Source: Gemmatimonadota bacterium
Lineage (GTDB): Bacteria; Gemmatimonadota; Gemmatimonadetes; Gemmatimonadales; GWC2-71-9
DNA length: 40,612 nt
NCBI GenBank assembly: GCA_039588295.1
Contig: JBDHAB010000026.1
Coordinates: 1-40,612 of the forward strand
Reading direction: 5' to 3'
A program made the position numbers and the translations under genes. Each line of letters begins with the position of its first letter. Within the stretch, counting starts at the first letter, position 1. This document shows positions 17,043 through 25,393 of the stretch, in pieces. The notes under the pieces were generated by a model. That model was not told where the DNA came from. It saw only the letters and a program-made list of their open reading frames with translations, and ran no database searches.

Positions 17043-17942
17043 ATGCTTCCGATCATCCACCACCCTTCCTATGAAGTCGATATCGGCCCCCATGTGTTTC
17101 CCACGGCCAAGTATCGACTGATCCGGGCGCAATTGCTCGAGAACGGCACTATCCACGAGTCGGACTTCCGGACGCCCAGTTCCGTGACGGATGACGACGT
17201 GTCCTTGGTGCACACCCGGACCTACGTCGAGAAGATCAGGCAGGGGCGGCTCTCGATGATGGAGCAACTGCTGCTCGAGGTCCCGTTCTCGCCGGAACTG
17301 CGCGACGCCATGTGGCTCTGTGCCGGCGGAACGACACTCGCCGGGCGCCTCGCGCTCGAGCGCGGCGTGTGCGTCCACTTGGGTGGAGGGTTCCATCACG
17401 CGTTTCCGGATCACGGCGAGGGCTTCTGTCTGATCAACGACGTGGCGATCGCCATTCGCCTGCTGCAGCACGAAGGGACAATCGAGCGCGTCGTGGTGAT
17501 CGACTGCGACGTCCATCACGGAAACGGGACTGCGGCCATCTTCGCCGACGATAGCACGGTGCACACGTTCTCGATGCATCAGGAGCACAACTACCCGGCG
17601 TGGAAACCCCCCAGCGATCTCGACCTGGGTCTCCCCGACGGCACCGGAGATGACGAGTACCTTGGTCTCATCGAGCACCATGTGCCGGCGATGCTGGAAC
17701 AGCACCGCCCATCACTGGCCTACTATCTCGCCGGCGCCGATCCGTACGAGCACGATCAGCTCGGCGGCCTTGCGCTTTCCGTCGAAGGCCTTCGACGTCG
17801 CGATGCCCGTATCATGGAGATGTTGTCGGCCGCAGCCGTTCCGGTAGCGGTCACGCTCGCCGGCGGGTATGCTCGCCGGCCGGACGATACTGTCGCAATC
17901 CACTGCAACACGGTCCGCGAGGCAAAGCGCCACGTGGCGTAG
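17043..17942 (+). CDS. Histone deacetylase family (Zn-dependent) deacylase
   Basis: GGGFHHA, GEGFCLIND, IDCDVHHGNGT, AGADP..D, TLAGGY. Confidence 0.95.
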   Translation: MLPIIHHPSYEVDIGPHVFPTAKYRLIRAQLLENGTIHESDFRTPSSVTDDDVSLVHTRTYVEKIRQGRLSMMEQLLLEVPFSPELRDAMWLCAGGTTLAGRLALERGVCVHLGGGFHHAFPDHGEGFCLINDVAIAIRLLQHEGTIERVVVIDCDVHHGNGTAAIFADDSTVHTFSMHQEHNYPAWKPPSDLDLGLPDGTGDDEYLGLIEHHVPAMLEQHRPSLAYYLAGADPYEHDQLGGLALSVEGLRRRDARIMEMLSAAAVPVAVTLAGGYARRPDDTVAIHCNTVREAKRHVA

Positions 17943-17960
17943 CGCCCGCCAACTCATGCA

Positions 17961-17988
17961 GAAAGGGCAGCCCCGTCAGGAGCTGCCC
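17961..17988 (-). terminator. Intrinsic terminator downstream of the cytochrome c gene (between convergent genes)
   Basis: Minus strand GGGCAGCTCC-TGAC-GGGGCTGCCC followed by TTTC. Confidence 0.6.
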
Positions 17989-18019
17989 CTCGAGCACCGA
18001 TTCAGGATGGGGGCCGATA

Positions 18020-18649
18020 CTACGAGGCTGCTTTCGAGGCCCGTTCGAGGTAGAGAATGATCTCCTGCACCTCGGCTTGCGGCGGTGACAGTCGCAGCAT
18101 CTGCACCATGTGCTGCCGCATGCGGATGACCACGGCGGCCCAATCGGTCTCCGTATGCTGACTCGGATCGGGCAACTCGTGGCAGCGGCTGCAGTTCGTC
18201 ACAAACAGCGCTCGTCCCGGCCCACGAGGAAGCTCGGAGCGGCTCACTTCAAGCGCGTACTCCAGCAAGTAGTCCAGCATCACCTTGCGTTCGGCGGCGT
18301 TGGGGACAGGCACGTCGTACTGGGCCGCCACTCCTTCGGTCCGCAGCCACATCCGTCGCAGCACCACCGGCCAATCGGTCGCCGAATGGGTCTGTGGGCT
18401 CGACAGGGCGTGGCAGGCCGTGCAGTACTGGCGGAGAAGCTGTGCGCCTTCAGCGTTCGGATCCGGGAGATCGCTCGGCGCCGTTCCGGGAGGTGGCAGG
18501 GCAATTCGCGCTGACGCGAGCACGAGATCGTCGACCGGGCTAGCCTGACCAGTGGTCGATGGTGACTCTGGGGGCGGGGGTTCCTGACAGCCAATGACGA
18601 GTGCCAACCCCAGTAGCAGACCCGACCACGTGCGGAATCGTGTACGCAT
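18020..18649 (-). CDS. Diheme cytochrome c lipoprotein (two repeated monoheme domains)
   Basis: Lipobox LVIG-C; YCTACHALSSPQTHSATDWPVVLRRM and NCSRCHELPDPSQHTETDWAAVVIRM are internal repeats, each with CxxCH; alternative start 18664. Confidence 0.88.
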   Translation of the reverse strand: MRTRFRTWSGLLLGLALVIGCQEPPPPESPSTTGQASPVDDLVLASARIALPPPGTAPSDLPDPNAEGAQLLRQYCTACHALSSPQTHSATDWPVVLRRMWLRTEGVAAQYDVPVPNAAERKVMLDYLLEYALEVSRSELPRGPGRALFVTNCSRCHELPDPSQHTETDWAAVVIRMRQHMVQMLRLSPPQAEVQEIILYLERASKAAS

Positions 18650-18746
18650 CGTTGACCTCACCATGCTAATCCCAGGGAGACTCGAACCGATGAACCGCTA
18701 ATGCCTCTGAAACCAAGAAAGTATGAAGATCGGATGAACAACCGCT

Positions 18747-19205
18747 TCACTGGGCCACCACCGAATCGCGGTCCTGCCGCTCCACGAGTACTTCACGCGC
18801 AATGGCGGGATCCAGGGCAAGTTCCGTCTCCCCAACCCAGATGACGCAGGAGGGCTGGTGCTGCACCAGCAAGACCTCCGCGCCAGGCACCAACCCGAAC
18901 ACGGCGAGGCTGTTGTGGCGGTCGGTACTTCCCGCCCCCAAACACAGCACCCGCGCCCGTTCCCCCGGCCGCAATTCGCGAACACTCATGACGTCTTCCG
19001 GTAGCTCCACGGCCGGCTTCCGCCGTTTCCGCATCAACCCGCCGAGCCATGAGACCGCCTGCGGCTTTTCCGCAAACTCATACTGACAATTCGGGCACCG
19101 CATGAGATGACACATTGCCCCAAGCGGACACCCGTGGTGACACAGCGTGTCCTCCTTCGCGAACTCGAAGCCGCAGAATGGGCAAGTCAGATATTCGTCA
19201 GCCAT
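18747..19205 (-). CDS. feoA: FeoA domain protein with N-terminal Cys-rich metal-binding domain
   Basis: ATG 19205; CPFC..CHHGCP...CHLMRCPNCQYEF, then an SH3-like FeoA domain LRPGERARV...LAVFGLVPGAEV...VGETELALDPAIAREVLV. Confidence 0.88.
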   Translation of the reverse strand: MADEYLTCPFCGFEFAKEDTLCHHGCPLGAMCHLMRCPNCQYEFAEKPQAVSWLGGLMRKRRKPAVELPEDVMSVRELRPGERARVLCLGAGSTDRHNSLAVFGLVPGAEVLLVQHQPSCVIWVGETELALDPAIAREVLVERQDRDSVVAQ

Positions 19206-21193
19206 CGACCCACATAGTGTACAATCCCACCGACCAAGAATGCGAACGGAAAGATAAAGGCCGCCATCCGCCACGCGACACGCATGCCGTGCTCCTTCGC
19301 AATCATCAAGAAGTTCGCGAAGCATGGCATGAAGAGCGTGATCGTGATCATCGCGACCAGTATCTGCAGCGGCCCGAGCACGGCCGCGGGCCCAGTGGCG
19401 GCGTCCAGGATATAGACGGCGCCAAAATCCCGTCGCATGAATCCCACGAGGAACGCGTTTGCCATCTCGCGCGGCAGGCCCAGCCACCCGGTCACCAGAG
19501 GCTCCATGACTCTGCCGATCGTTTCCAGCAGATGGAAGGCGTCGAGGAAGAACAGGACCGCCGTTCCCGCAACGAACAGCGGGATCACTTCACGCAAATA
19601 CCAATTCAGCCGACTGGTCGTCTTGACGAGGACATTCGACAGTTGCGGTCGTCGCATGGGTGGGATTTCGAGAATGAAGTCGGAGCCCTCACCGCCCACG
19701 ACCTTGGCGGTGAGCCAGCCGACCAGCACAATGACGCCAATCACGATGCCCAACCACACAACGGCCCCGCCAGGTGCGAGGGTCGCCATCAACGCCAGCA
19801 GGACGCCGAGCTGTGCCGAGCATGGCACGGCGAGCGCCAACAGCATGGTGGTCACCAGGCGTTCCTTACGGGTCTCGAGAATCCTCGTGGTCATGGTGGC
19901 CATGGTGTCGCATCCCAGCCCCAGGACCATGGGGAGCACGGCCTTGCCGTTGAGCCCCATGAGACGGAACAGGCGGTTCACCATGATGGCCATCCGCGGG
20001 AAGTACCCCGAGTCCTCGAGGATGCCGAACACCAGGAAAAACGTTGTCACGATGGGCAGCACAATGGCGAACGCGTAGCTGAGCGCCATGGTGATCACGC
20101 CGTAGTCGCCAACCAGAAAGTCGTGGACGTAGCGTTGAACCTGGTCCCACCCAGTCAACGGCGCGTCGGCCATCACGTACGTGGTCCCGATGACGTCCCG
20201 CTGCACCGAGCCGAGTTCGACGTCGTGTGCCGGTGTCGCGGGCAACGAGATCACATAGTCGACCCCCGCCACCTGGTGGTCGTGTGGGAAGGGGACCAAG
20301 CCATCGACCAATCTGATTGCGGCCGGATTGAGATGGTGTTCGAACACGCCGATCTCCAACCCATCGACCAGCGTGCCGGCGCCGAACAAGCCCACGAACC
20401 AGAAGACCGCGAACAGCACCGCCGCGAGGAACGCAAGACCACGGACCGGATGCATCGCCCAAAATCCGAGCCGGACTCCGAGCGCGGCGTGATCGGGCTG
20501 CGCAATGGAGTACGTCTCCGCGAGAATTTCGTTGACCCGCTCGAGACGGCGGCGGTTTCGTTCGTACTCGGTCCGGGCTTCAGTAAAAGGAACGTTGAGA
20601 TCACGGAGTTCCTGGGCGTGCTGCAGCGCGGCGATCAGCGCCCCGGTGCCCTGGTTCCGTAGCGCGACCGTTGCCACCACCGGGATGCCCAGGATCTCGC
20701 TGAGACGCTGGATGTCGATCTTGCCACCGCGCTGCTCGAGTTCGTCGAACATGTTGAGGACGAGCACGGTGGGGCGTTGGAGCTCGGAGAGCTGGAGCGT
20801 GAGCAACAGCGCCCGCCTGAGGTTCTTCGCGTCCGCAACCTGGACGATCGTGGCGTCGGCGTACTGGTCGAGCACCCCCCGCGTGACCCGCCCATCTTCG
20901 CTGCGGGGAGACAGATCGTTGACGCCCGGCGTATCCACCACCTCGATCTGGCGGCCGTTGAAGTTGGCCTTGGCCCGTACGATCTCCACCGTCGTACCCG
21001 GGATGTTGGAGACCGTGACGTAGCGGCTAGTGAGATTCTTGAAGAGGAGACTCTTGCCGACGTTGGGATTGCCCACCAGCAGCGTCGTGCGCTGCACTGG
21101 CGTGGGGTCCTGCGCACCCACACCGCGCACGCCGACCTCCTCGGCCCGGCCCGGGAACGGGCGGAAGATCCTCATCGCCGCGGTCCTCGGCAC
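19187..21193 (-). CDS. feoB: Ferrous iron transport protein B
   Basis: G1 GNPNVGKS, G2 NIPGTTVE, G3 DTPG, G4 NMFD; LEDSGYFPR, LGLGC, VPCSAQLG, FILEIPPMRRP, TLFMPCFA. The true start may be ATG 21175 or GTG 21130 (GGAGG SD). Confidence 0.96.
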   Translation of the reverse strand: MPRTAAMRIFRPFPGRAEEVGVRGVGAQDPTPVQRTTLLVGNPNVGKSLLFKNLTSRYVTVSNIPGTTVEIVRAKANFNGRQIEVVDTPGVNDLSPRSEDGRVTRGVLDQYADATIVQVADAKNLRRALLLTLQLSELQRPTVLVLNMFDELEQRGGKIDIQRLSEILGIPVVATVALRNQGTGALIAALQHAQELRDLNVPFTEARTEYERNRRRLERVNEILAETYSIAQPDHAALGVRLGFWAMHPVRGLAFLAAVLFAVFWFVGLFGAGTLVDGLEIGVFEHHLNPAAIRLVDGLVPFPHDHQVAGVDYVISLPATPAHDVELGSVQRDVIGTTYVMADAPLTGWDQVQRYVHDFLVGDYGVITMALSYAFAIVLPIVTTFFLVFGILEDSGYFPRMAIMVNRLFRLMGLNGKAVLPMVLGLGCDTMATMTTRILETRKERLVTTMLLALAVPCSAQLGVLLALMATLAPGGAVVWLGIVIGVIVLVGWLTAKVVGGEGSDFILEIPPMRRPQLSNVLVKTTSRLNWYLREVIPLFVAGTAVLFFLDAFHLLETIGRVMEPLVTGWLGLPREMANAFLVGFMRRDFGAVYILDAATGPAAVLGPLQILVAMITITLFMPCFANFLMIAKEHGMRVAWRMAAFIFPFAFLVGGIVHYVGRWLTNI

Positions 21194-21238
21194 CGCACGG
21201 TAGCCAACGCGATCAGCATGACTGAATGATTACCAGGA

Positions 21239-21256
21239 ATAGGGACTGAGGCCTAT
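21239..21256. promoter_or_regulatory. Inverted repeat ATAGG-N8-CCTAT upstream of feoB; candidate metal-repressor operator
   Basis: ataggGACTGAGGcctat in an AT-richer intergenic patch; resembles but is 1 nt shorter than the DtxR/IdeR TTAGG-N9-CCTAA box. Confidence 0.3.
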
Positions 21257-21286
21257 AGATGCCAGATGAAGGACCGTTCACTCCAG

Positions 21287-21321
21287 GAAAACTGGGGGCC
21301 CGCGGAGGATCGCGGGCCCCC
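21287..21321 (-). terminator. Intrinsic terminator of the M28 peptidase gene
   Basis: Perfect 11-bp stem GGGGGCCCGCG/CGCGGGCCCCC (21294-21304 and 21311-21321) with a 6-nt loop, followed by AGTTTT on the minus strand. Confidence 0.75.
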
Positions 21322-21331
21322 TGATGCCGCC

Positions 21332-22882
21332 CTAGTTTGTGGCCGGCGGCTGTTGTTTCCGCGGCATCATCTCATCGCGCATGGCAAGGTGGTACACCGT
21401 CGCCGCAACGATGACGGCCGCTTGTTTCAGATCATCCAGCACCAAGAGATCATACGTGTCGAGGTTGGTGTGGTGCGTCCGGATGCCGTACTCGATCGGG
21501 TCCTGGATGAAGTTGAAGCCCGGGATGCCCGCCGCGTCGAAGGCCAGGTGATCGGTCCCACCGGTATTCCCGTGCTTCACCGCCACCACACCGAGATCGC
21601 GGAACGGCCACAGGATCTGTTCGAACACGGGGATCGCCTTCTCGTTCATCTGGTCCCAGATCCCGCGGACCCGGCCGGTGCCGTTGTCCACGTTGACATA
21701 AGCCGAGATCTTGTCGTGCAAGTCCGGATGGTCGGCCACCCAGCCCCGCGACCCCAAGAGACCCTGCTCTTCTCCACTCCACAGCCCAATGCGGATCGTC
21801 CGGCGGGGCTGGAGGTTGAGTGTCGTCAGAATGCGCAGCGCTTCCATCATCACCACCGACCCGGCGGCATTGTCCGTCGCCCCACCACCATAGTGCCACG
21901 AATCGAGGTGCGCGCCGAGCATCACGTACTCGTCCGCCTTGTCGGTGCCGGGGAGGTCGGCCAACGTGTTGTAGGCCTGCAGGTCGGCGTCGAAGAACCG
22001 GTTCTGGATGTCGATCTCGAGCTCGACCGGGATGCCGGCCTCGACGTTGCGGTAGATCTGATTGTACTGTTCCCGGATCACTGCCAGCTCGGGCGTCGGA
22101 TCGGGATCATCCTTGTTCCGGCCTGCGGAGTTCCCGCCACCTCGGACCACGCCGAAGTTGCGGGACGACGGTGTGAGGATGACCGCCGCGCCTTCGTCGC
22201 GCAGCATGTTGGCCATCTGCTGTCGCACCTCTCGCGCCCGCATGAACTGCTCCCGCATCTCCTGGCGGCGACGCTGAAACTCCGCCGCGCGGGCCGCACG
22301 CTCCTCGAGCGCCGCCGGATCGGGCGGAGCCAGCAACTCGTCGAGCGAAGTGCGACGGTCCCGGGCCTCCCACTCCGGCTCCACCTCAGCGGGCTGCCGC
22401 ATCAGCACGATCGCATCGCGCAGCTTGCCGCGATACTGCTCGAGATCGGCAACACTGTCCGCCCTCACGACAACGGCAGGTCCCCTGACCGTACCATTCG
22501 TACTGCCCGTCCACGCCACAGGCTGCGCGTGCAGTGGCTGCGCAAACGGCGTGACGATACGGCCGCTGTACGACACCCGCTCCCAGCCGCGACCGAACTC
22601 GCCCCACGGCTCGACCATGACGTTCTGCAGTCCCCAGGAGCGGAACTGTCCGGCCGTCCATTCGTTCGCCTGCGTCATCTGCGGCGAGCCGGTGAGCCTG
22701 GGCCCGATCACCTCGGTGAGGTACCGCGCCATCTCCGGTAGCTGCGACCGCTCGAGCCCCTCCTCCCGGATCTGCTCGACCACCGAGAGATCCACCCGTT
22801 CCTGCGCCACTTGCGCCCATGCGGTCGACGGCGCCATCTGCAACGCGACTGCACCGACCGTCAACACCAATGCTCGTTTCAT
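21332..22882 (-). CDS. M28 family secreted metallopeptidase (carboxypeptidase Q-like)
   Basis: Signal peptide MKRALVLTVGAVALQMAPSTAWAQ; GPRLTGSP, GAHLDSWH, GATDNAAG, WSGEEQGLLGS, NVDNG, GTDH, THHTNLD. Confidence 0.93.
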   Translation of the reverse strand: MKRALVLTVGAVALQMAPSTAWAQVAQERVDLSVVEQIREEGLERSQLPEMARYLTEVIGPRLTGSPQMTQANEWTAGQFRSWGLQNVMVEPWGEFGRGWERVSYSGRIVTPFAQPLHAQPVAWTGSTNGTVRGPAVVVRADSVADLEQYRGKLRDAIVLMRQPAEVEPEWEARDRRTSLDELLAPPDPAALEERAARAAEFQRRRQEMREQFMRAREVRQQMANMLRDEGAAVILTPSSRNFGVVRGGGNSAGRNKDDPDPTPELAVIREQYNQIYRNVEAGIPVELEIDIQNRFFDADLQAYNTLADLPGTDKADEYVMLGAHLDSWHYGGGATDNAAGSVVMMEALRILTTLNLQPRRTIRIGLWSGEEQGLLGSRGWVADHPDLHDKISAYVNVDNGTGRVRGIWDQMNEKAIPVFEQILWPFRDLGVVAVKHGNTGGTDHLAFDAAGIPGFNFIQDPIEYGIRTHHTNLDTYDLLVLDDLKQAAVIVAATVYHLAMRDEMMPRKQQPPATN

Positions 22883-22944
22883 CGTCTCTCCCACGTGAAA
22901 TCTCTGTCCCCACCAATTCCGCCCCAGCGCCTTCCGAACCTCCG

Positions 22945-22973
22945 ATTGTAGCCCACGGTCCGCCGCGGAGCAA
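22945..22973 (-). promoter_or_regulatory. Putative sigma-70 promoter TTGCTC-N17-TACAAT for the M28 peptidase
   Basis: Near-consensus -10 with 17-nt spacer, 62 nt upstream of ATG 22882. Confidence 0.5.
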
Positions 22974-23002
22974 CGCGGAGCGTCCGAGGTCGCTCCACGC
23001 CG

Positions 23003-24235
23003 CTACTCCCTCCGCAACACCACCGCGGCGTTCACTCCGCCGAATCCGAACGAGTTGGACACAACGAATTCGGGTCGATCGCGAAGCCCACCGTCGGCCA
23101 GGTACCGCAGGTCACAGTCGGGGTCGGGTGTCTCCAGATTGACCGTCGGCGGCAGCCATCCGCGCGACATGCCGAGGGCGCAGATGCCCACCTCAATCGC
23201 GCCGCTCGCACCGAGCGCGTGTCCGTAATAGCCTTTGGTGCCACTCACCGCGAGGCGGTAGGCGTGCTCTCCGAACACGTGCTTGATGGCCAGCGTCTCG
23301 GTCGTGTCGTTGAGCGGCGTGGAGGAGCCGTGCGCGTTGACGTACGCGATATCCGTGGGAGACACCCGGGCATCCGCCAGCGCGAGCCGGACCGCCCGGG
23401 CCGCCTCCCGGCCGTCCGGCTTGGGGGCAGACATGTGATATGCATCGTTCGTGAGCGCGTACCCCAAGATCTGGGCGTATACGGGCGCGCCACGCGCCAC
23501 CGCCCGATCGCGGCGCTCCAACACGAGCACAGCCGCCCCTTCCCCCATCACGAAGCCGTCCCGACCCTGGTCAAAGGGACGCGAGGCTCGCTCGGGATCG
23601 TCATTGCGCGTCGACATTGCCCGAATCAACGTGAAGGCACCGAATCCCAAGGGCGAGAGCGGTGCCTCGGACCCACCTGCGAGCATGACATCCGCCCGCC
23701 CCGAGCGAATCGCGTGAAACGCGTCACCGATTGCGATCGCGCCCGACGCACACGACATCGCGTTGGTCGCGTTGGGACCGGTCACCCCAAACTGGATTGC
23801 GATGTTGCACGAAACGGCTCCGCCGAACACCGAGATCGCGAGCGTGGGATCCACGTGTCGGATGCCGTGCTGCATGAACGTCGCGGCTTGCGCCTCAGCA
23901 TGCGCGACACCACCCAGTGCTGACCCCATCATCACGCCGATGCGGTCCCGATCTTCCCGCTCGAACACGAGTCCCGCGTCTGCCGCCGCCAACGTCGCCG
24001 ACACGACACCCAGCTGTGAGAACCGATCCAGTCGCCGCACGGCCTTGCGTGGGAGGTGGTCTTGCGCTCGAAAATCGTCGATCTCCGCCGCGATCTGGCA
24101 GCGGAACGGCGTGGGATCGAACCGCGTGATCCTTCGCACGGCTGACCGCTTGGCCTCGAGTCCAGTCCACAAGCCGTCCAATCCCGTACCGATCGGTGTC
24201 ACACATCCGATCCCGGTGATGACCACGTCGGTCAT
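23003..24235 (-). CDS. fabF: Beta-ketoacyl-ACP synthase II (FabF/KS-alpha-like ketosynthase), probably a specialised paralog
   Basis: VVITGIG, Cys-His-His triad NAMSCASG / NAHGSST / GHALGA, RPFDQGRDGFVMGEGA, SNSFGFGGVN; ATGA overlap with the upstream cyclase. Confidence 0.9.
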   Translation of the reverse strand: MTDVVITGIGCVTPIGTGLDGLWTGLEAKRSAVRRITRFDPTPFRCQIAAEIDDFRAQDHLPRKAVRRLDRFSQLGVVSATLAAADAGLVFEREDRDRIGVMMGSALGGVAHAEAQAATFMQHGIRHVDPTLAISVFGGAVSCNIAIQFGVTGPNATNAMSCASGAIAIGDAFHAIRSGRADVMLAGGSEAPLSPLGFGAFTLIRAMSTRNDDPERASRPFDQGRDGFVMGEGAAVLVLERRDRAVARGAPVYAQILGYALTNDAYHMSAPKPDGREAARAVRLALADARVSPTDIAYVNAHGSSTPLNDTTETLAIKHVFGEHAYRLAVSGTKGYYGHALGASGAIEVGICALGMSRGWLPPTVNLETPDPDCDLRYLADGGLRDRPEFVVSNSFGFGGVNAAVVLRRE

Positions 24236-24687
24236 GAAGTCTCAGCCTCTCGCTTGACTCCCGCCAACGTGCGGGAGGCAATGCTGTGGATGAAGATCGG
24301 GCCGATCACCCAGTTGGCCGCGATCCAACTGATGAGCGGCCACGCCGGCCCCGACCACTCGTGGACAATTGTGACGTCGACCTGGTCACCTCGAGGCTCG
24401 AAACGCCAAACGACATCCATGCCCGTCGTAATCCCCCGAACGTGGCAGTACCGCACCTCACGTTGTTGCGGGAGCACCTCCATATGCGAGACCCACCATG
24501 TGGGATAGCGGAACAGACCGAACGGACGCCACGCCGCCATCTCCACCACGCCGCCCGTCGGGGTGCGCTCCACTACGCGAACCCACCGGTAGTGCGGAAG
24601 GAAATCCGGCCAGCGCTCCACCTCCGCCGCGAGCCGAAACACACGGTCGACAGGCGCCGCAATCGTGATGCGGTCAACGGCGCGCAC
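24232..24687 (-). CDS. SRPBCC/START-fold polyketide cyclase/aromatase-like protein
   Basis: ITIAAPVDRVFRLAAEVERWPDFLPHY...GMDVVWRF...VTIVHEW; GTG 24687 with GGAGG SD. Confidence 0.88.
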   Translation of the reverse strand: MRAVDRITIAAPVDRVFRLAAEVERWPDFLPHYRWVRVVERTPTGGVVEMAAWRPFGLFRYPTWWVSHMEVLPQQREVRYCHVRGITTGMDVVWRFEPRGDQVDVTIVHEWSGPAWPLISWIAANWVIGPIFIHSIASRTLAGVKREAETS

Positions 24688-25393
24688 AGGACCTCCACGT
24701 GGCAACGAGTCGAAAGCCCGGCCGCCGGTGCACCACCGCAGCGACGCCCGCTTCGTTCAGGAGTGCCGTCAGCTCGCCCACTGAGTAGCCTCGGCGGACG
24801 GAGACCACCCCGTCGCGTCTGCTCACCGGATGAAAGCGCAGGGCATGTGCCGCAGCCCAGATCCCCACCGCGGCCCGTCGTGCACGCCGGAGATCCGCAA
24901 CGACCACGCCAAGCTGTGCCACGCGATCGAGCTCCCGCACCACCCGGACGGCGGCCTCCCTTCGAAAGTGATGCAGTAGCTGGCTCGCCACGACGATGTC
25001 GACATCACAGTCAGCAAACGGCAGGAACCGGGCGTCTCCGACCGCGGACGGTACCGCATTGGCGGCGCACAGTCGGGCGGCTTCCCGATGCCAGTCGAGG
25101 GCGATCGGCTCGACCGACACGCCGTCCTTGCGGAGTCGCCCGCGCAGGTCGCGGAGCACGTCACCCAACCCGGCTCCCACATCCAGCACCCGCAGGGCTC
25201 GGCGGAGCGGCATGCCGCCGAGGAGCCGGCGCACCCCGTGCACGACTGCCGCTCGTCCACCAAACCACGCGTTTGCCAGCGCGATGTCGCGGAGGGTTGC
25301 GCGGGTGGTCGCCGCATCGAGTGCCGGGGAGTCCAACGCCTCGACGGCGATCGGTGAACGATCAGACGTGTGCACGGATGCGGATTCGCTCAT
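24674..25393 (-). CDS. Class I SAM-dependent methyltransferase-domain protein
   Basis: EALD...LRDIALANAWFGG, VLDVGAGLGD, VDIVVASQLLHHF, VVADLRR, RDGVVSVRRGY; ATGA overlap with the oxidoreductase stop. Confidence 0.9.
   Translation of the reverse strand: MSESASVHTSDRSPIAVEALDSPALDAATTRATLRDIALANAWFGGRAAVVHGVRRLLGGMPLRRALRVLDVGAGLGDVLRDLRGRLRKDGVSVEPIALDWHREAARLCAANAVPSAVGDARFLPFADCDVDIVVASQLLHHFRREAAVRVVRELDRVAQLGVVVADLRRARRAAVGIWAAAHALRFHPVSRRDGVVSVRRGYSVGELTALLNEAGVAAVVHRRPGFRLVATWRSCARR

Noticed and set aside
18020..21193. Magnetosome-island interpretation of feoAB plus diheme cytochrome
   Set aside because: The heme domains are longer than magnetochrome repeats, lack the preceding PH motif, and no mam/mms genes are present.
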